Positions 45,525 through 54,846 of a DNA stretch of 64,000 bases are shown here, piece by piece (position 1 is the stretch's first letter; each line of letters begins with the position of its first letter). The notes beneath the pieces were generated by a model. It saw only the letters and a list, made by a program, of their open reading frames with translations. It was not told the DNA's origin and did no database searches. Source of the DNA: a virus; IMG/VR virus record IMGVR_UViG_3300045738_001392, positions 3,655 to 67,654 of that record. One strand, written 5' to 3'. Position numbers and translations under genes: made by a program.

Positions 45525-48500
45525 ATGGCTTATTTAAAGAAATTAGAGCTAACTGAATCTGCGTTTGGGGAGGGCGTAAAAATTTGGTCTGTATCTAAGG
45601 ATTTTTGCACCCCACTGCATACTGTAGATTGTAGAGAAAAAGATGTTCAAGAAGTATGGCTCTGGGCGCATAATGAGTCTGAATATCAACAAGTTTTATA
45701 TTTAGAGATCGCTTCTAATTCGGGCGCTATATCCAAATTTTGTGTGCAATTACCTCCGGGGTTAGATCATGGCCCAACTCTCATTTGGCCCGGTATAGTT
45801 TTAAAAAATGCTTGTGTTATTAAGGGCTATGCAACATCCTCCGACAAAATTACTGTTTATGGATATGCAAATTCGTTAGATCAAACTAACATATTTGCTG
45901 AGCTAGAGGGCTTTGGTGAAAATGCTTACGGTCAAGCTAATCACCCCACGCTGGGGGGCGTAAATCATGAAATCAAATTTGATCCAGATGGAAAATCGGT
46001 TGCATGCGGGGATGGATTTTCTTTAGCCTTAAGACCTAACGGCTCCATTTTTGGCTGGGGCGGGGGAAATTTAGTTACGGAATTATTGGCGACTGGAGAC
46101 AATACTCCTTGGAAAAATAATGTAGATATTTATTCAGCAACGGATTCTATTATTATCGCGAGCGACGGTGTTCCCACACATAATACGCCATATAAAGACG
46201 TGAACGCTCCCAATCCCGGAGGAAACCCCAACAAGGCTTCAAAGCAAGATCATTATTTTCTTATTCCCAAGAACGCGTCAATAACCGGTCAGTATGGGCC
46301 ACATATTCCGAGGGGTAATATCGGAGTTGCAGTCGACGGCATTCCGTTTGACACAAGAACTAATGAGCTATGGAGCGGAATGGTTCAGTGGGAGGAAGTC
46401 GGGGGGCCCGGCGACCTCGGAGTAGATAGTTGCGGGGGGCATGTTCAACCAAATGGAAAATATCATTATCATATTAATCCAAACTGTCTTTACACTATAA
46501 ATACGGGCGCGCACTCACCAATCATAGGTTATGCGTTTGACGGTTTACCCATTTATGGTCCCATCGGTTATACTGATACGGGGTATGGTGTCGGTGCGGT
46601 TTCTGTAATGACCAGTAGCCACAGGATCAAACAGGGAAATAGACCCTATGGCCCCGGTGTCGGCCCCGGAGGGCCTTATGACGGAACGTACACGATAGAT
46701 TACGAATTTGTATCTGGACTGGGAACTTTAGACAAATCAAATGCAAGGTTCGCCATTACGCCTGATGCGCCCACTGGATCTTGGCACTATCATGCGACCG
46801 TGACAGGGATTACGGCGAACAATCCAAATGGGGTTTCTGTTTATCCTTATATTGTCGGACCAATATTTAAGGGCGAGCCTGTTCAATGTAATTGGACGGG
46901 GGGCTGCGAGCGGCCTATCGCTTTTCCCCCTAGAAATTTAAAAAATTTAGAAAAAATTGAGGTAGGATATAATCACGCAGTTGCTCTAGATTCCCTAGGA
47001 AAAACTATTGCTTGGGGAGACAACTCATATGGACAATGTAATGTCCATCCAAATTTAAATAATGGGGTTGCCGACGTTTCGGCTGGGGGAAATCACAGTT
47101 TGGCGTTGCAGGCAGGGCAAGTTATTGCTTGGGGGGATAATGAAGTAGGACAAGTAACCTCTATTCCCGCGTTAAGATATGTGGGAGAAATTCAAACGCT
47201 AAGCTCTGGTTCCGATTATGTATCGCCGCCAATTGTCACGATTGCGGGGGGGGGCGATACGGCAAGTGGAGCTCAAGCGGAATCTGTTTTAGCGGGGAGA
47301 GGCATCTTAAGTGTCTCTCTAGATTTTGCCGGTGCAGATTTTACACAGGCCCCCGAAATTGTATTCGCTGGAGGAGGAGGTTCCGGGGCCGCGGCAACTG
47401 CGACATTAACTAGCGATTCCGCTAATCCGGCCTTTGGTTATGTTTCGTCGATAACAATTACAAATAGCGGGAGTGGGTACGTCAGCGAACCAACGGCAAT
47501 CTTTGCGGACAATAGCAACGCGTGTACTGGTTATGGAATTTGTGGAACAGGGGCCGCGGCAACAGTATATTTACAAAATGCTCCAGTATCTGGTTTCATA
47601 GTTACTGACCCCGGCACTGGATATTATCTTGAGCCCTCAGTCTTGGTTAGTAATCAACCGGGCGATCAGAACGGCGTAGGGGCTGCGGCCGCAGCTAGCT
47701 TGGGCGGGCCTCAGAGCGGATTCGCTTATCCCCTCTCAATAGGCGATGAGATCGTTAGCGATATTTTAAGCGTCTCCGCGGGCATAGCTCATAACGTAGT
47801 CCTGATAGAATCAGGGAAAGTGGGGGCGTGGGGAGATAATTCACGTGGACAACTTTCTATATCACAAATAAATCCAATTAATGAGAAATGGACAAAAGTT
47901 GTAGCCGGAGGTAATCATAGCGTAGGCACAGTAAGTAGCAGTTTAGAAAATCTAAATTATGTAACCTCTTGGGGAGATAATACCTACGGGCAAACACTGG
48001 TGCCATCGTGGGCGGGAATTTCAAATTCTGTATTTGGAAATAGAACGTTAGATATCGCCGCTGGATTAAATCATAGCTTGATACTGAATCCCAACGCGAC
48101 AATAACTGGATTTGGAGCCGTTGCCGAAAATCAATTGCAGACGACTCATATACAAAAAGCAAATTCCGTTTCTGCAGGGATAACGTCAAATCATTCTTTC
48201 GTAACTATTAATGATATATTTGCTAAGGATAAGCTGTCTAGTTCTTCCGGCGGTTGCGGAATAAGTATTATTGACACTAGTCACGCAGGAACTACGTGCG
48301 CGAGTAAAACTCATATCCATAGGGCGAAAGATCTTTCTGACGGTTTGGAGGAAATATACTTATGGGCCTACAATGGCGGCGTTGCTGACGATGTAACATT
48401 AGATATTTATTTAGAACCCAAAGAGACCTCTTCTCTTACTGGTATAGAGATTATAGTTGGCGGGTCAGGGTACACCCAAACGCCCGCTATTATAATAAGT

Positions 48501-49412
48501 GGTGGGGGAGGCGATGGCGCTACGGCAGGAGCCGAGATCGGCACTGAAGGCCCAGACTCGATAACTGGATTTATAGGCTCTATTTCAGTGATTGCTCCGG
48601 GCTCTGGCTATTCTTATCCCCCGGCCGTCTTAATTACGGGCGGCTATGATCTCGAATCAGAACTGAAGGAAGCTCAATTTCAAAGCTTCATCGAAACAGG
48701 GCAGAAAATAACTTACACATTGCCACCAAAAACGTCTGGACTATATATGCTTGCTGAGGGTTTAAAGTTAGAGCAGTCATGCAACGTTAGGGCTGCAGCA
48801 AGGGATATCGGGGGCAATGTTCCCACGGGAGATTCTACCGTACAGGTTTACGGATACGTGCTTAGACAAGAAAGAGGCGCGGACAGCGCAAGCATTTTCT
48901 ATGATAACCCCTATCAGATTGGCGACACTTTAACCTGTCCTCCGATAGCGCAGTTGTCTAGCGCAGTCGTGTCGGGGGCGACGACTCTTCCTGTAAGCAA
49001 TACCTTGGGCTTTTATCAGAATGAAGAGATCGTAATTGATCCCTATCTAGCTGGCGAAGAGACGACTGTCGTTCAGGGAATTTCATCTCTATTAGTTTCT
49101 GGGATCACTGGAAGCCATATTGAGGGAGCTTGGATTGTAGACAGAGCGTTTTATGATGCGCAAGTAGCCATCGTAACGGGCAGCTCGACTACCGGTGATG
49201 GTTCCAGTGCGGCTACTACGACGACGCTGGAACCCGGTGGCGATCCCGGTGGCGATCCCGGTGGCGATCCCGGTGGCGGTACAACGACAAGCACGACTCC
49301 ATATATGGGGGGCGGCGGCGGTGATCCCGGCGGTGATCCCGGTGGTGACGGCACGACGACTACTACGACAACGTCTACGACAACGTCTACGACTCCATAC
49401 GTGGGCGCGTAG
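45525..49412 (+). CDS. multidomain protein: WLWAxN modules, YHYH domain, RCC1 repeats, Gly-rich repeats, Thr/GDPG tail
   Basis: IGVAVDGIPF..DSCGGH..GKYHYH..HSPIIGYAFDG.PIYGP (YHYH family). Confidence 0.8.
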   Translation: MAYLKKLELTESAFGEGVKIWSVSKDFCTPLHTVDCREKDVQEVWLWAHNESEYQQVLYLEIASNSGAISKFCVQLPPGLDHGPTLIWPGIVLKNACVIKGYATSSDKITVYGYANSLDQTNIFAELEGFGENAYGQANHPTLGGVNHEIKFDPDGKSVACGDGFSLALRPNGSIFGWGGGNLVTELLATGDNTPWKNNVDIYSATDSIIIASDGVPTHNTPYKDVNAPNPGGNPNKASKQDHYFLIPKNASITGQYGPHIPRGNIGVAVDGIPFDTRTNELWSGMVQWEEVGGPGDLGVDSCGGHVQPNGKYHYHINPNCLYTINTGAHSPIIGYAFDGLPIYGPIGYTDTGYGVGAVSVMTSSHRIKQGNRPYGPGVGPGGPYDGTYTIDYEFVSGLGTLDKSNARFAITPDAPTGSWHYHATVTGITANNPNGVSVYPYIVGPIFKGEPVQCNWTGGCERPIAFPPRNLKNLEKIEVGYNHAVALDSLGKTIAWGDNSYGQCNVHPNLNNGVADVSAGGNHSLALQAGQVIAWGDNEVGQVTSIPALRYVGEIQTLSSGSDYVSPPIVTIAGGGDTASGAQAESVLAGRGILSVSLDFAGADFTQAPEIVFAGGGGSGAAATATLTSDSANPAFGYVSSITITNSGSGYVSEPTAIFADNSNACTGYGICGTGAAATVYLQNAPVSGFIVTDPGTGYYLEPSVLVSNQPGDQNGVGAAAAASLGGPQSGFAYPLSIGDEIVSDILSVSAGIAHNVVLIESGKVGAWGDNSRGQLSISQINPINEKWTKVVAGGNHSVGTVSSSLENLNYVTSWGDNTYGQTLVPSWAGISNSVFGNRTLDIAAGLNHSLILNPNATITGFGAVAENQLQTTHIQKANSVSAGITSNHSFVTINDIFAKDKLSSSSGGCGISIIDTSHAGTTCASKTHIHRAKDLSDGLEEIYLWAYNGGVADDVTLDIYLEPKETSSLTGIEIIVGGSGYTQTPAIIISGGGGDGATAGAEIGTEGPDSITGFIGSISVIAPGSGYSYPPAVLITGGYDLESELKEAQFQSFIETGQKITYTLPPKTSGLYMLAEGLKLEQSCNVRAAARDIGGNVPTGDSTVQVYGYVLRQERGADSASIFYDNPYQIGDTLTCPPIAQLSSAVVSGATTLPVSNTLGFYQNEEIVIDPYLAGEETTVVQGISSLLVSGITGSHIEGAWIVDRAFYDAQVAIVTGSSTTGDGSSAATTTTLEPGGDPGGDPGGDPGGGTTTSTTPYMGGGGGDPGGDPGGDGTTTTTTTSTTTSTTPYVGA
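49232..49346 (+). repeat. 12-bp GG(T/C)GG(C/T)GATCCC (GGDP) repeats in a duplicated Thr-rich block
   Basis: PGGDPGGDPGGDPGGG...GGDPGGDPGGD. Confidence 0.85.
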
Positions 49413-49431
49413 ATAATCTGTCCATAAAATT

Positions 49432-49460
49432 TTGTCAATTTCATAATATTTTCATATTAT
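49432..49460 (+). promoter_or_regulatory. sigma70-type promoter for the glycosyltransferase cluster
   Basis: TTGTCA 49432-49437, 17 nt, TATTAT 49455-49460, ATG 5 nt later. Confidence 0.6.
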
Positions 49461-49465
49461 AAAGT

Positions 49466-50740
49466 ATGAAGATTTTTGTACAAATCGCATCATATCGCGA
49501 TCCTGAGCTTATACCCACAATAGAAGATTGCCTACATAAAGCAAAACATCCCGAAAATCTTACATTTGGGATTTGTTGGCAAAGGGATGAAACAGAAGAT
49601 CTTTCTCAATATGAAAACGATCCGAGATTTCGTATTTTAGAATATAATTGGAAAGAGAGTAGGGGGCTATGCTGGGCTAGGTCTTTGATTCAAAAGGAAT
49701 GGCGGGGTGAGGAGTATACTCTTCAGTTAGATTCTCATCATAGATTCGCTCAAGACTGGGACGATAAGCTTATTAATATGATGAAGTTGACGGGCAGCGA
49801 CAAGCCTCTTATAACATCCTATGCCGGAATATATAATCCAGAAGCGGAAGGAGAAATAAATCCCGAGTGTTCCCCTTTCCAAATGATCCCGGAAAGATTT
49901 ACCGAGCAAGGAACTATTTTATTTAGGCCATGGCATATATCTAATCATAAAAAATTAGAAAAACCTATACCCGCTAGATTCGTTTCCGGTCATTTTTATT
50001 TTACTTTAGGTGAACATTGCGAAGAGTACAGATATGACCCTGATCTTTATTTCGCTGGAGACGAAATTAGCCTATCCATTAGGTCTTATACCCTTGGTTA
50101 TGATTTGTTTCATCCTCACGAAACGGTCGTTTGGCATGAGTACACAAGAAAGGGCAGGACAAAGCATTGGACAGACCACAACGAAGAAGAGAAAGAGAAA
50201 GGGGAAATAAAACTAACTTGGTCAGAAAGAGATCTAATTAGTAAAAAAAGATTAAGACAACTTTTAAGAGAAGAAGAAAACGGTTCTGATCTAGGAGAAT
50301 ATGGATTAGGTAGCGTTAGATCTCATCATGATTACGAACGATATACGGGCATAGATTTTAGAAATAGAATTTTACATAAAAGAGCTACGGAAGGAAAAGA
50401 GCCCGCGATCGTTTCAGAAGCACAATGGCTCCAAGATACGCTAGAAATTATGGAAGTATACTCTGCTACGAAAGAGTGGACTATTCACGCAAAATGGAAC
50501 GTAGATGATATTCCTGATGATGATTATAAATTTTGGTATTTCGGGATAGAAGACAAAGAACAAAATATATTATTTAGAAAAGATTTTACCCCAGAAGATG
50601 ACCCGCTCATACTCAGGAAAAAATTAAATTCTTTTACTACGATAATATCAAGTAAAGAAAAACCGGTTAAGTGGGTCCTTTGGGTTTATAGTAATACTAA
50701 AGAAGAAGGCTGGGCAAATCGAATTGAACAATTTATTTAA
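49466..50740 (+). CDS. GT60-like polypeptide GlcNAc-transferase (Skp1 Gnt1 family)
   Basis: IFVQIASYRD.E..PT, GLCWAR, YTLQLDSHHRFAQDWD, GDEISLSIRSYTLGYD..HP...WHEY. Confidence 0.85.
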   Translation: MKIFVQIASYRDPELIPTIEDCLHKAKHPENLTFGICWQRDETEDLSQYENDPRFRILEYNWKESRGLCWARSLIQKEWRGEEYTLQLDSHHRFAQDWDDKLINMMKLTGSDKPLITSYAGIYNPEAEGEINPECSPFQMIPERFTEQGTILFRPWHISNHKKLEKPIPARFVSGHFYFTLGEHCEEYRYDPDLYFAGDEISLSIRSYTLGYDLFHPHETVVWHEYTRKGRTKHWTDHNEEEKEKGEIKLTWSERDLISKKRLRQLLREEENGSDLGEYGLGSVRSHHDYERYTGIDFRNRILHKRATEGKEPAIVSEAQWLQDTLEIMEVYSATKEWTIHAKWNVDDIPDDDYKFWYFGIEDKEQNILFRKDFTPEDDPLILRKKLNSFTTIISSKEKPVKWVLWVYSNTKEEGWANRIEQFI

Positions 50741-52911
50741 TGAAGAGTCCTCAAAATATTGCAATCCTTTTTATAGGATTGGATAAATACTCTTTGTATT
50801 ATGACAGATTTTATAAGTCTGTAGAAAAAAATTTTTTACCTGATGCAAGTAAGCATTTCTTTATATTTAGTGATGAAGAATTTCTTATAGAAAATGATAA
50901 TGAAACTTTTATAAAAACAGAGAGTTATGATACGCCCCGCGACATTAAGTTGCACAAATTTCATTTTATAAAATCTGCTTGGAATAAAATCAAAAAATAT
51001 GATTATGTATTTTACTTCGATGCAGATAATGTCGTAAGGGGAAAGATCAATTACGAAGATTTATTCGATCATGACAAATCTCTAATTGGAGTCGTTCATC
51101 CTTGGGCATGGACTACGAAAGATAAATTTGAATCGGATCCAAATTCAGGTGCGTACATCGAAAAAGAAAAGGTTAGCATTCCGTATCATCAAAGCTGTTT
51201 TTGGGGCGGCGACATCAAAAAAATAGAAGATATGGTGGAAAAATGCCACGAAACCCTAGAAAAAGACATAAAAAGCGGCCACGAAAACGAAAACAATATA
51301 TGTGACGAAGTTCATGTAAATAAGTATTTTGCGCTCAATTCAGAAGACCTATATTCTCTAGGTAAGGACTACGCTAATCCAGCTGAAGCATACCAGACAG
51401 AGAGAAGGCTGCATAGAAAAGCCTTTGGTAACAATATCATGATAGCTCATGACAATGCGCATCAGACCTATCGACATTCCTTGGGGCTTATAGAAAAGCA
51501 AAAAAATCTTAAAAATAATTTTTTATTTGCGGGCTGGGCGCAAGTTAAAGACAACACTAAGGCCACGTTTGAGATGTTAAAGGTGTTCAAATCTGTCAAT
51601 CCAAACGCACACGTCCATATAACAAATGGTGGAGAAGAAGATTACTCTGATATATGTGAAGCGTTTGATTGCACCATAAATCAAGACGAATCGATGAAGG
51701 ACCGGAGCGCGGGGAATAGAATGGTAGAGTATGATATTTGGTCATGGTTTCAAAATTTAAAAACAGTATGTTCTTCATGGCTAAATAAATATGAATGGAT
51801 TATTATATTGGAAGACGACGTTGAATCTTTCAATGCGCCTATTGACCAACCTGAGTTTTCATTGGCTGGGCCCGATGGTCCTTGTTTTTCTGAAGATTTA
51901 TTTAAGCTTATACAGAAGAAGTTTCCGAAAAGAAAAATCCCTAAAAGATATATTGGTTGTGGGATATCGCTATTAAATGTCCAAGCTTTTCTTGCGGCCA
52001 TAAATCAAATGACAGAGGAGTCTTGGCTTAAATTTTGCGAAGCGGATGAAAGACTTATTAAATATGCAGATATATCATTATCTTTTTTGCTTGCTTATGC
52101 TGGCTATCCGATAGGAGGGTGGTCAGAATTTTGCAGTTGGACAGATCCCCTCAAGGAGAATAAAGCTTTTGCCCATGGCAATAAAGAATACTATGAGAAA
52201 AAAATAAATGATGATGATTTAGACTATTTAGATTATGTAAAATATAGTAAAATTTTTATTAATCTTTACGCACACTCAAAAGAAGAAGATGTAGAATTCA
52301 GAGCAAAGGAAGAACTTACCTCTGTCGAGCATCATTCTTTTTTTAAATACCTTATAAACCCCGACGGCACATGTATAGATGTGGGCTGCGGAGATTTCGC
52401 TTTCACAAATGAAATTAAGGATTTATGTTCTAAAGTTATAGCTATCGATCCCGGAGAAAACATTAATCCTCCTGAAAATAATAAGGTAATATTTCTAAAT
52501 CAATCCTTAACAACTTCTGATTCCTCCAGCGCTTACTTAGTAAAAGACGGCAGACTATCGGCGCATTATACGAGCTTAGAAAGAGTCGGAGAACATTGTT
52601 CCCGAGTTCCGAATCTAAGTCTAGATAATTTAGTCAATATATTTAAATTAAGAGACGTAGATTTAATTAAACTAGGTTGCGAGGGCTCGGAGTATTCTAT
52701 ATTATATTGGTTATCAAAGAACCCTATCGCTAAGCAAATCTCCGTTTCGTTCCATGATCATCTCGGTAGAAATCCATACAAAAATACAATGACATATTAC
52801 GAAGGGCTCTTCTTCGAGCTTAAAAAAAATTATTATATTGTCAAACATACGCTGAGCAGCAAAGGGGAAAAATTAACAAATTATGATGATTCACTTTTTG
52901 TTAGAAAATAA
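50740..52911 (+). CDS. GT6 (ABO-type) glycosyltransferase plus second GT-like domain plus FkbM-like methyltransferase
   Basis: KY...F..S.EKNFLP..FFIFSD, FDAD, VVHP, FWGG, DEVHVNKYF; IILEDDV; IDVG..IAIDP..VDLIKLGCEGSE. Confidence 0.8.
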   Translation: MKSPQNIAILFIGLDKYSLYYDRFYKSVEKNFLPDASKHFFIFSDEEFLIENDNETFIKTESYDTPRDIKLHKFHFIKSAWNKIKKYDYVFYFDADNVVRGKINYEDLFDHDKSLIGVVHPWAWTTKDKFESDPNSGAYIEKEKVSIPYHQSCFWGGDIKKIEDMVEKCHETLEKDIKSGHENENNICDEVHVNKYFALNSEDLYSLGKDYANPAEAYQTERRLHRKAFGNNIMIAHDNAHQTYRHSLGLIEKQKNLKNNFLFAGWAQVKDNTKATFEMLKVFKSVNPNAHVHITNGGEEDYSDICEAFDCTINQDESMKDRSAGNRMVEYDIWSWFQNLKTVCSSWLNKYEWIIILEDDVESFNAPIDQPEFSLAGPDGPCFSEDLFKLIQKKFPKRKIPKRYIGCGISLLNVQAFLAAINQMTEESWLKFCEADERLIKYADISLSFLLAYAGYPIGGWSEFCSWTDPLKENKAFAHGNKEYYEKKINDDDLDYLDYVKYSKIFINLYAHSKEEDVEFRAKEELTSVEHHSFFKYLINPDGTCIDVGCGDFAFTNEIKDLCSKVIAIDPGENINPPENNKVIFLNQSLTTSDSSSAYLVKDGRLSAHYTSLERVGEHCSRVPNLSLDNLVNIFKLRDVDLIKLGCEGSEYSILYWLSKNPIAKQISVSFHDHLGRNPYKNTMTYYEGLFFELKKNYYIVKHTLSSKGEKLTNYDDSLFVRK

Positions 52912-52938
52912 AAAAATTATAATATCGTCTAAGAGAGA

Positions 52939-54846
52939 ATGAAGGTTTACGATTGTTTTACATTTAATAATGAATTAGATCTCTTAGAAATGAGGTTAAG
53001 ATATTATTGGGACGATGTAGATTATTTTGTACTTGTGGAGTCAGGTACTTCATTTTCTAAAAAATCGAAAAGACTTCACTATGAGGAGAACAAGGGCAGA
53101 TTCAAATGGGCCGAATCCAAGATAAGGCATATCATCCATAAGCCGAATCTACAATTGGCAGGGGATGTGGAGGACGATCAGGCTTCACTTGAACATAAAA
53201 CTTACCGATGGAACTTGGAAGACCAACAGAGGGAGTCTATTTTTCGTGGGCTTGAAGATGCGGGCGAAGAAGACTTGGTTGCTATCGGAGATATAGATGA
53301 ATTCTATAGGCTCGACGCTTTAAAAAGATACGAAGAGGAGCCATTCTGCGCTTATCTTGTCGACCATTACTACTATTTAAATGGGCAACGCATTGGCAAT
53401 GATTTCATGCCATGCTCGGTGCTATTAAAGAAGAAATATATAGGAAAGTCAATTTCTGATATCAGGAATTCGTTTCGTTGGACGTGCGACGCGATGCCTA
53501 ATGCGGGGTGGCACTTTAGTTACGTCGGCGGGATTGAAAAAATTATTAAAAAAATAGAAAATTTTTCTCATTCAGAGTTCGATAAGCCGCAGTACAAAGA
53601 TCCGCAAAATATAGAAGATATCGTAACAAAGGGCGAAGATTTGTTCGGCAGAAGCAGTCATACTTTTAGGTATGTAAATGTACAAGATAATAATTTGTAT
53701 GATGATAAAATTAAGTCTATAATACTAGAGTATCCCCAATTGATGAAAGAACAAAAGAATAAAATCTGTTTAAATATGATAGTTAAAGACGAAACGGCTA
53801 TCATTCAAAACTGTCTAAAATCAGTTATCCCCTATATCGATTATTATGTTATTTGCGATACTGGGTCCACCGACGACACTAAAGAAAAAATTAAATCTCT
53901 TATGGATTCATGTGGGATCGATGGCGAGATCCATGATATAGAATTTAGAAATTTCGAATATGCAAGAAATACCGCTTTGAAACTGGCCCATGGTTCAGAT
54001 GGAGATTTCAACTATATTTTACTTGATGATGCAGATATGATATTGGAAGCAAATGAAGAAAACTGGAAAGACAGTCTACAGCTCGACTACTATCTGGTTT
54101 CTCAATATAATGAACTTTCTTATCACAACGTAAGGATTATAAAGAAAAATGCGTCTTCGAAATATATTGGGGTCACCCATGAGTATATAGATTGCGCAGG
54201 GGAAAAGGGCATGCTCAATAGCATCAAATATAAGGATTTAGCTTGTGGCTCTAGTAGAAAAGAAAAATTTGAAAGAGACGCCAAGTTACTTCTGGAGGGC
54301 GTAGAGAAAGAGGAAAATCAAAGCTTGGTTACGAGATATTATTTCTATCTTGGACAAACTTATTTTGATATGGGCGAATATAAAAAAGCCATTAAGCATT
54401 ACGAAGAAAGAATAAAAAGAGGCGGCTGGGTAGAAGAGGTTTATTTCTCAATGTATAGGATGGGCTTGTCTTATAAAGCGCTAGGAAAAGAAGAGACCAT
54501 GCTGCATGCATTTCTTGAAGCTTATAGTTATCACCCGGGAAGAATTGAAACTATATACGAGCTGTCGTCCTATTATAGGCAGAAAAGTAAATTTTTCCCC
54601 GGATATATGTTCGCCAAAACCGCCTGCTCTATGGATCTTCCCGAGGAAGACCTTCTGTTTGTGGGCAAGGACATTTATGAATTTAGACGATGGGACGAGT
54701 TATCTATTTGCGCTTATTGGGTGGGTATGTACGAAGAGTCTAAAAATATATGTGAGCAACTTCTAAACAATGACGTTATACCCGCAGATCAAATACAAAG
54801 AGTAAAAGATAATTTAAAATTTGCCGAAGAAAAATGCAAGACATAA
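52939..54846 (+). CDS. GT17-like plus GT2 plus TPR fusion glycosyltransferase
   Basis: VYDCFTFNNELDLLEMRL, GDIDE, GWHFSY; ICLNMIVKDE, DTGSTD, GVTHEY; YYFYLGQTYFD TPRs. Confidence 0.85.
   Translation: MKVYDCFTFNNELDLLEMRLRYYWDDVDYFVLVESGTSFSKKSKRLHYEENKGRFKWAESKIRHIIHKPNLQLAGDVEDDQASLEHKTYRWNLEDQQRESIFRGLEDAGEEDLVAIGDIDEFYRLDALKRYEEEPFCAYLVDHYYYLNGQRIGNDFMPCSVLLKKKYIGKSISDIRNSFRWTCDAMPNAGWHFSYVGGIEKIIKKIENFSHSEFDKPQYKDPQNIEDIVTKGEDLFGRSSHTFRYVNVQDNNLYDDKIKSIILEYPQLMKEQKNKICLNMIVKDETAIIQNCLKSVIPYIDYYVICDTGSTDDTKEKIKSLMDSCGIDGEIHDIEFRNFEYARNTALKLAHGSDGDFNYILLDDADMILEANEENWKDSLQLDYYLVSQYNELSYHNVRIIKKNASSKYIGVTHEYIDCAGEKGMLNSIKYKDLACGSSRKEKFERDAKLLLEGVEKEENQSLVTRYYFYLGQTYFDMGEYKKAIKHYEERIKRGGWVEEVYFSMYRMGLSYKALGKEETMLHAFLEAYSYHPGRIETIYELSSYYRQKSKFFPGYMFAKTACSMDLPEEDLLFVGKDIYEFRRWDELSICAYWVGMYEESKNICEQLLNNDVIPADQIQRVKDNLKFAEEKCKT

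Noticed and set aside
49466-50740. Complete Skp1-type hydroxyproline glycosylation pathway
   Set aside because: No prolyl hydroxylase (2OG-Fe(II) oxygenase) recognisable in this window, and the collagen Y position is mostly Thr; it could be encoded elsewhere
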